NCBI GenBank assembly: GCA_013265495.1
Contig: MU058059.1
Location: 2,705,502 to 2,769,501 of the forward strand
Reading direction: 5' to 3'
DNA: 64,000 nt
Origin: Vicugna vicugna
Taxonomy: Eukaryota
The first letter of the stretch is position 1. Each line of letters opens with the position of its first letter. The notes under the pieces are model-generated. The model did not search any database, had not been told where the DNA came from, and saw nothing but the letters and a program-made list of their open reading frames with translations. A program made the position numbers and the translations under genes. Of this stretch, positions 63,847 to 64,000 are shown one piece after another.

Positions 63847-64000
63847 AAGAAGAGCCTCAGAATTCACCCACGGATTCCCGAGGACCTGCCTGCTGGTGGG
63901 GTGGCCGGCGGAGCGCGGGCGGGAGGCGACACCCATGAGAAGGCAGGTGCGAGGGAGGGAGGGCAGGAGGGAACAGAGGAACGGATGGGGAGTTGCCATG

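Noticed and set aside
1..64000. A novel multi-gene system or nested protein-coding gene among the many listed ORFs
   Set aside because: Apart from those overlapping PTPRM exons or L1 ORF2 remnants, the ORFs are short, overlap in several frames, mostly begin at non-ATG codons and show no recognisable domain, as expected for intronic DNA.

Overview
Mammalian genomic DNA, most likely a camelid (camel/alpaca/llama), judged from four copies of a tRNA-derived SINE that resembles the camelid Vic-1 family. The whole 64 kb lies inside one + strand gene, PTPRM (receptor-type tyrosine-protein phosphatase mu). Seven GT-AG exons join in one frame: 1936-2010, 2243-2269 (27-nt microexon), 6148-6159 (12-nt microexon), 6882-7069, 43591-43678, 54194-54270 and 58055-58091. 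They encode the end of the juxtamembrane region, the wedge and the start of phosphatase domain D1 (SVSSPSSF...DPFVPTAIL-VPIN-DESHTMASD...KNRY...[22 protein letters not shown]). The rest (~99%) is intron with L1, L2, MIR, MaLR/ERV LTRs, hAT MITEs and simple repeats. Apart from those overlapping these exons, the listed ORFs are chance or repeat-derived. I found no evidence of a new biological system. The best second-look items are the microexon pair with its splicing-motif context, a MER53 hairpin with a miR-1302-type seed, an intact antisense solo LTR, CTCF-consensus sites, a 33-bp minisatellite and a few non-B DNA elements. Repeat family names come from recalled consensus sequences, and repeat boundaries are approximate.
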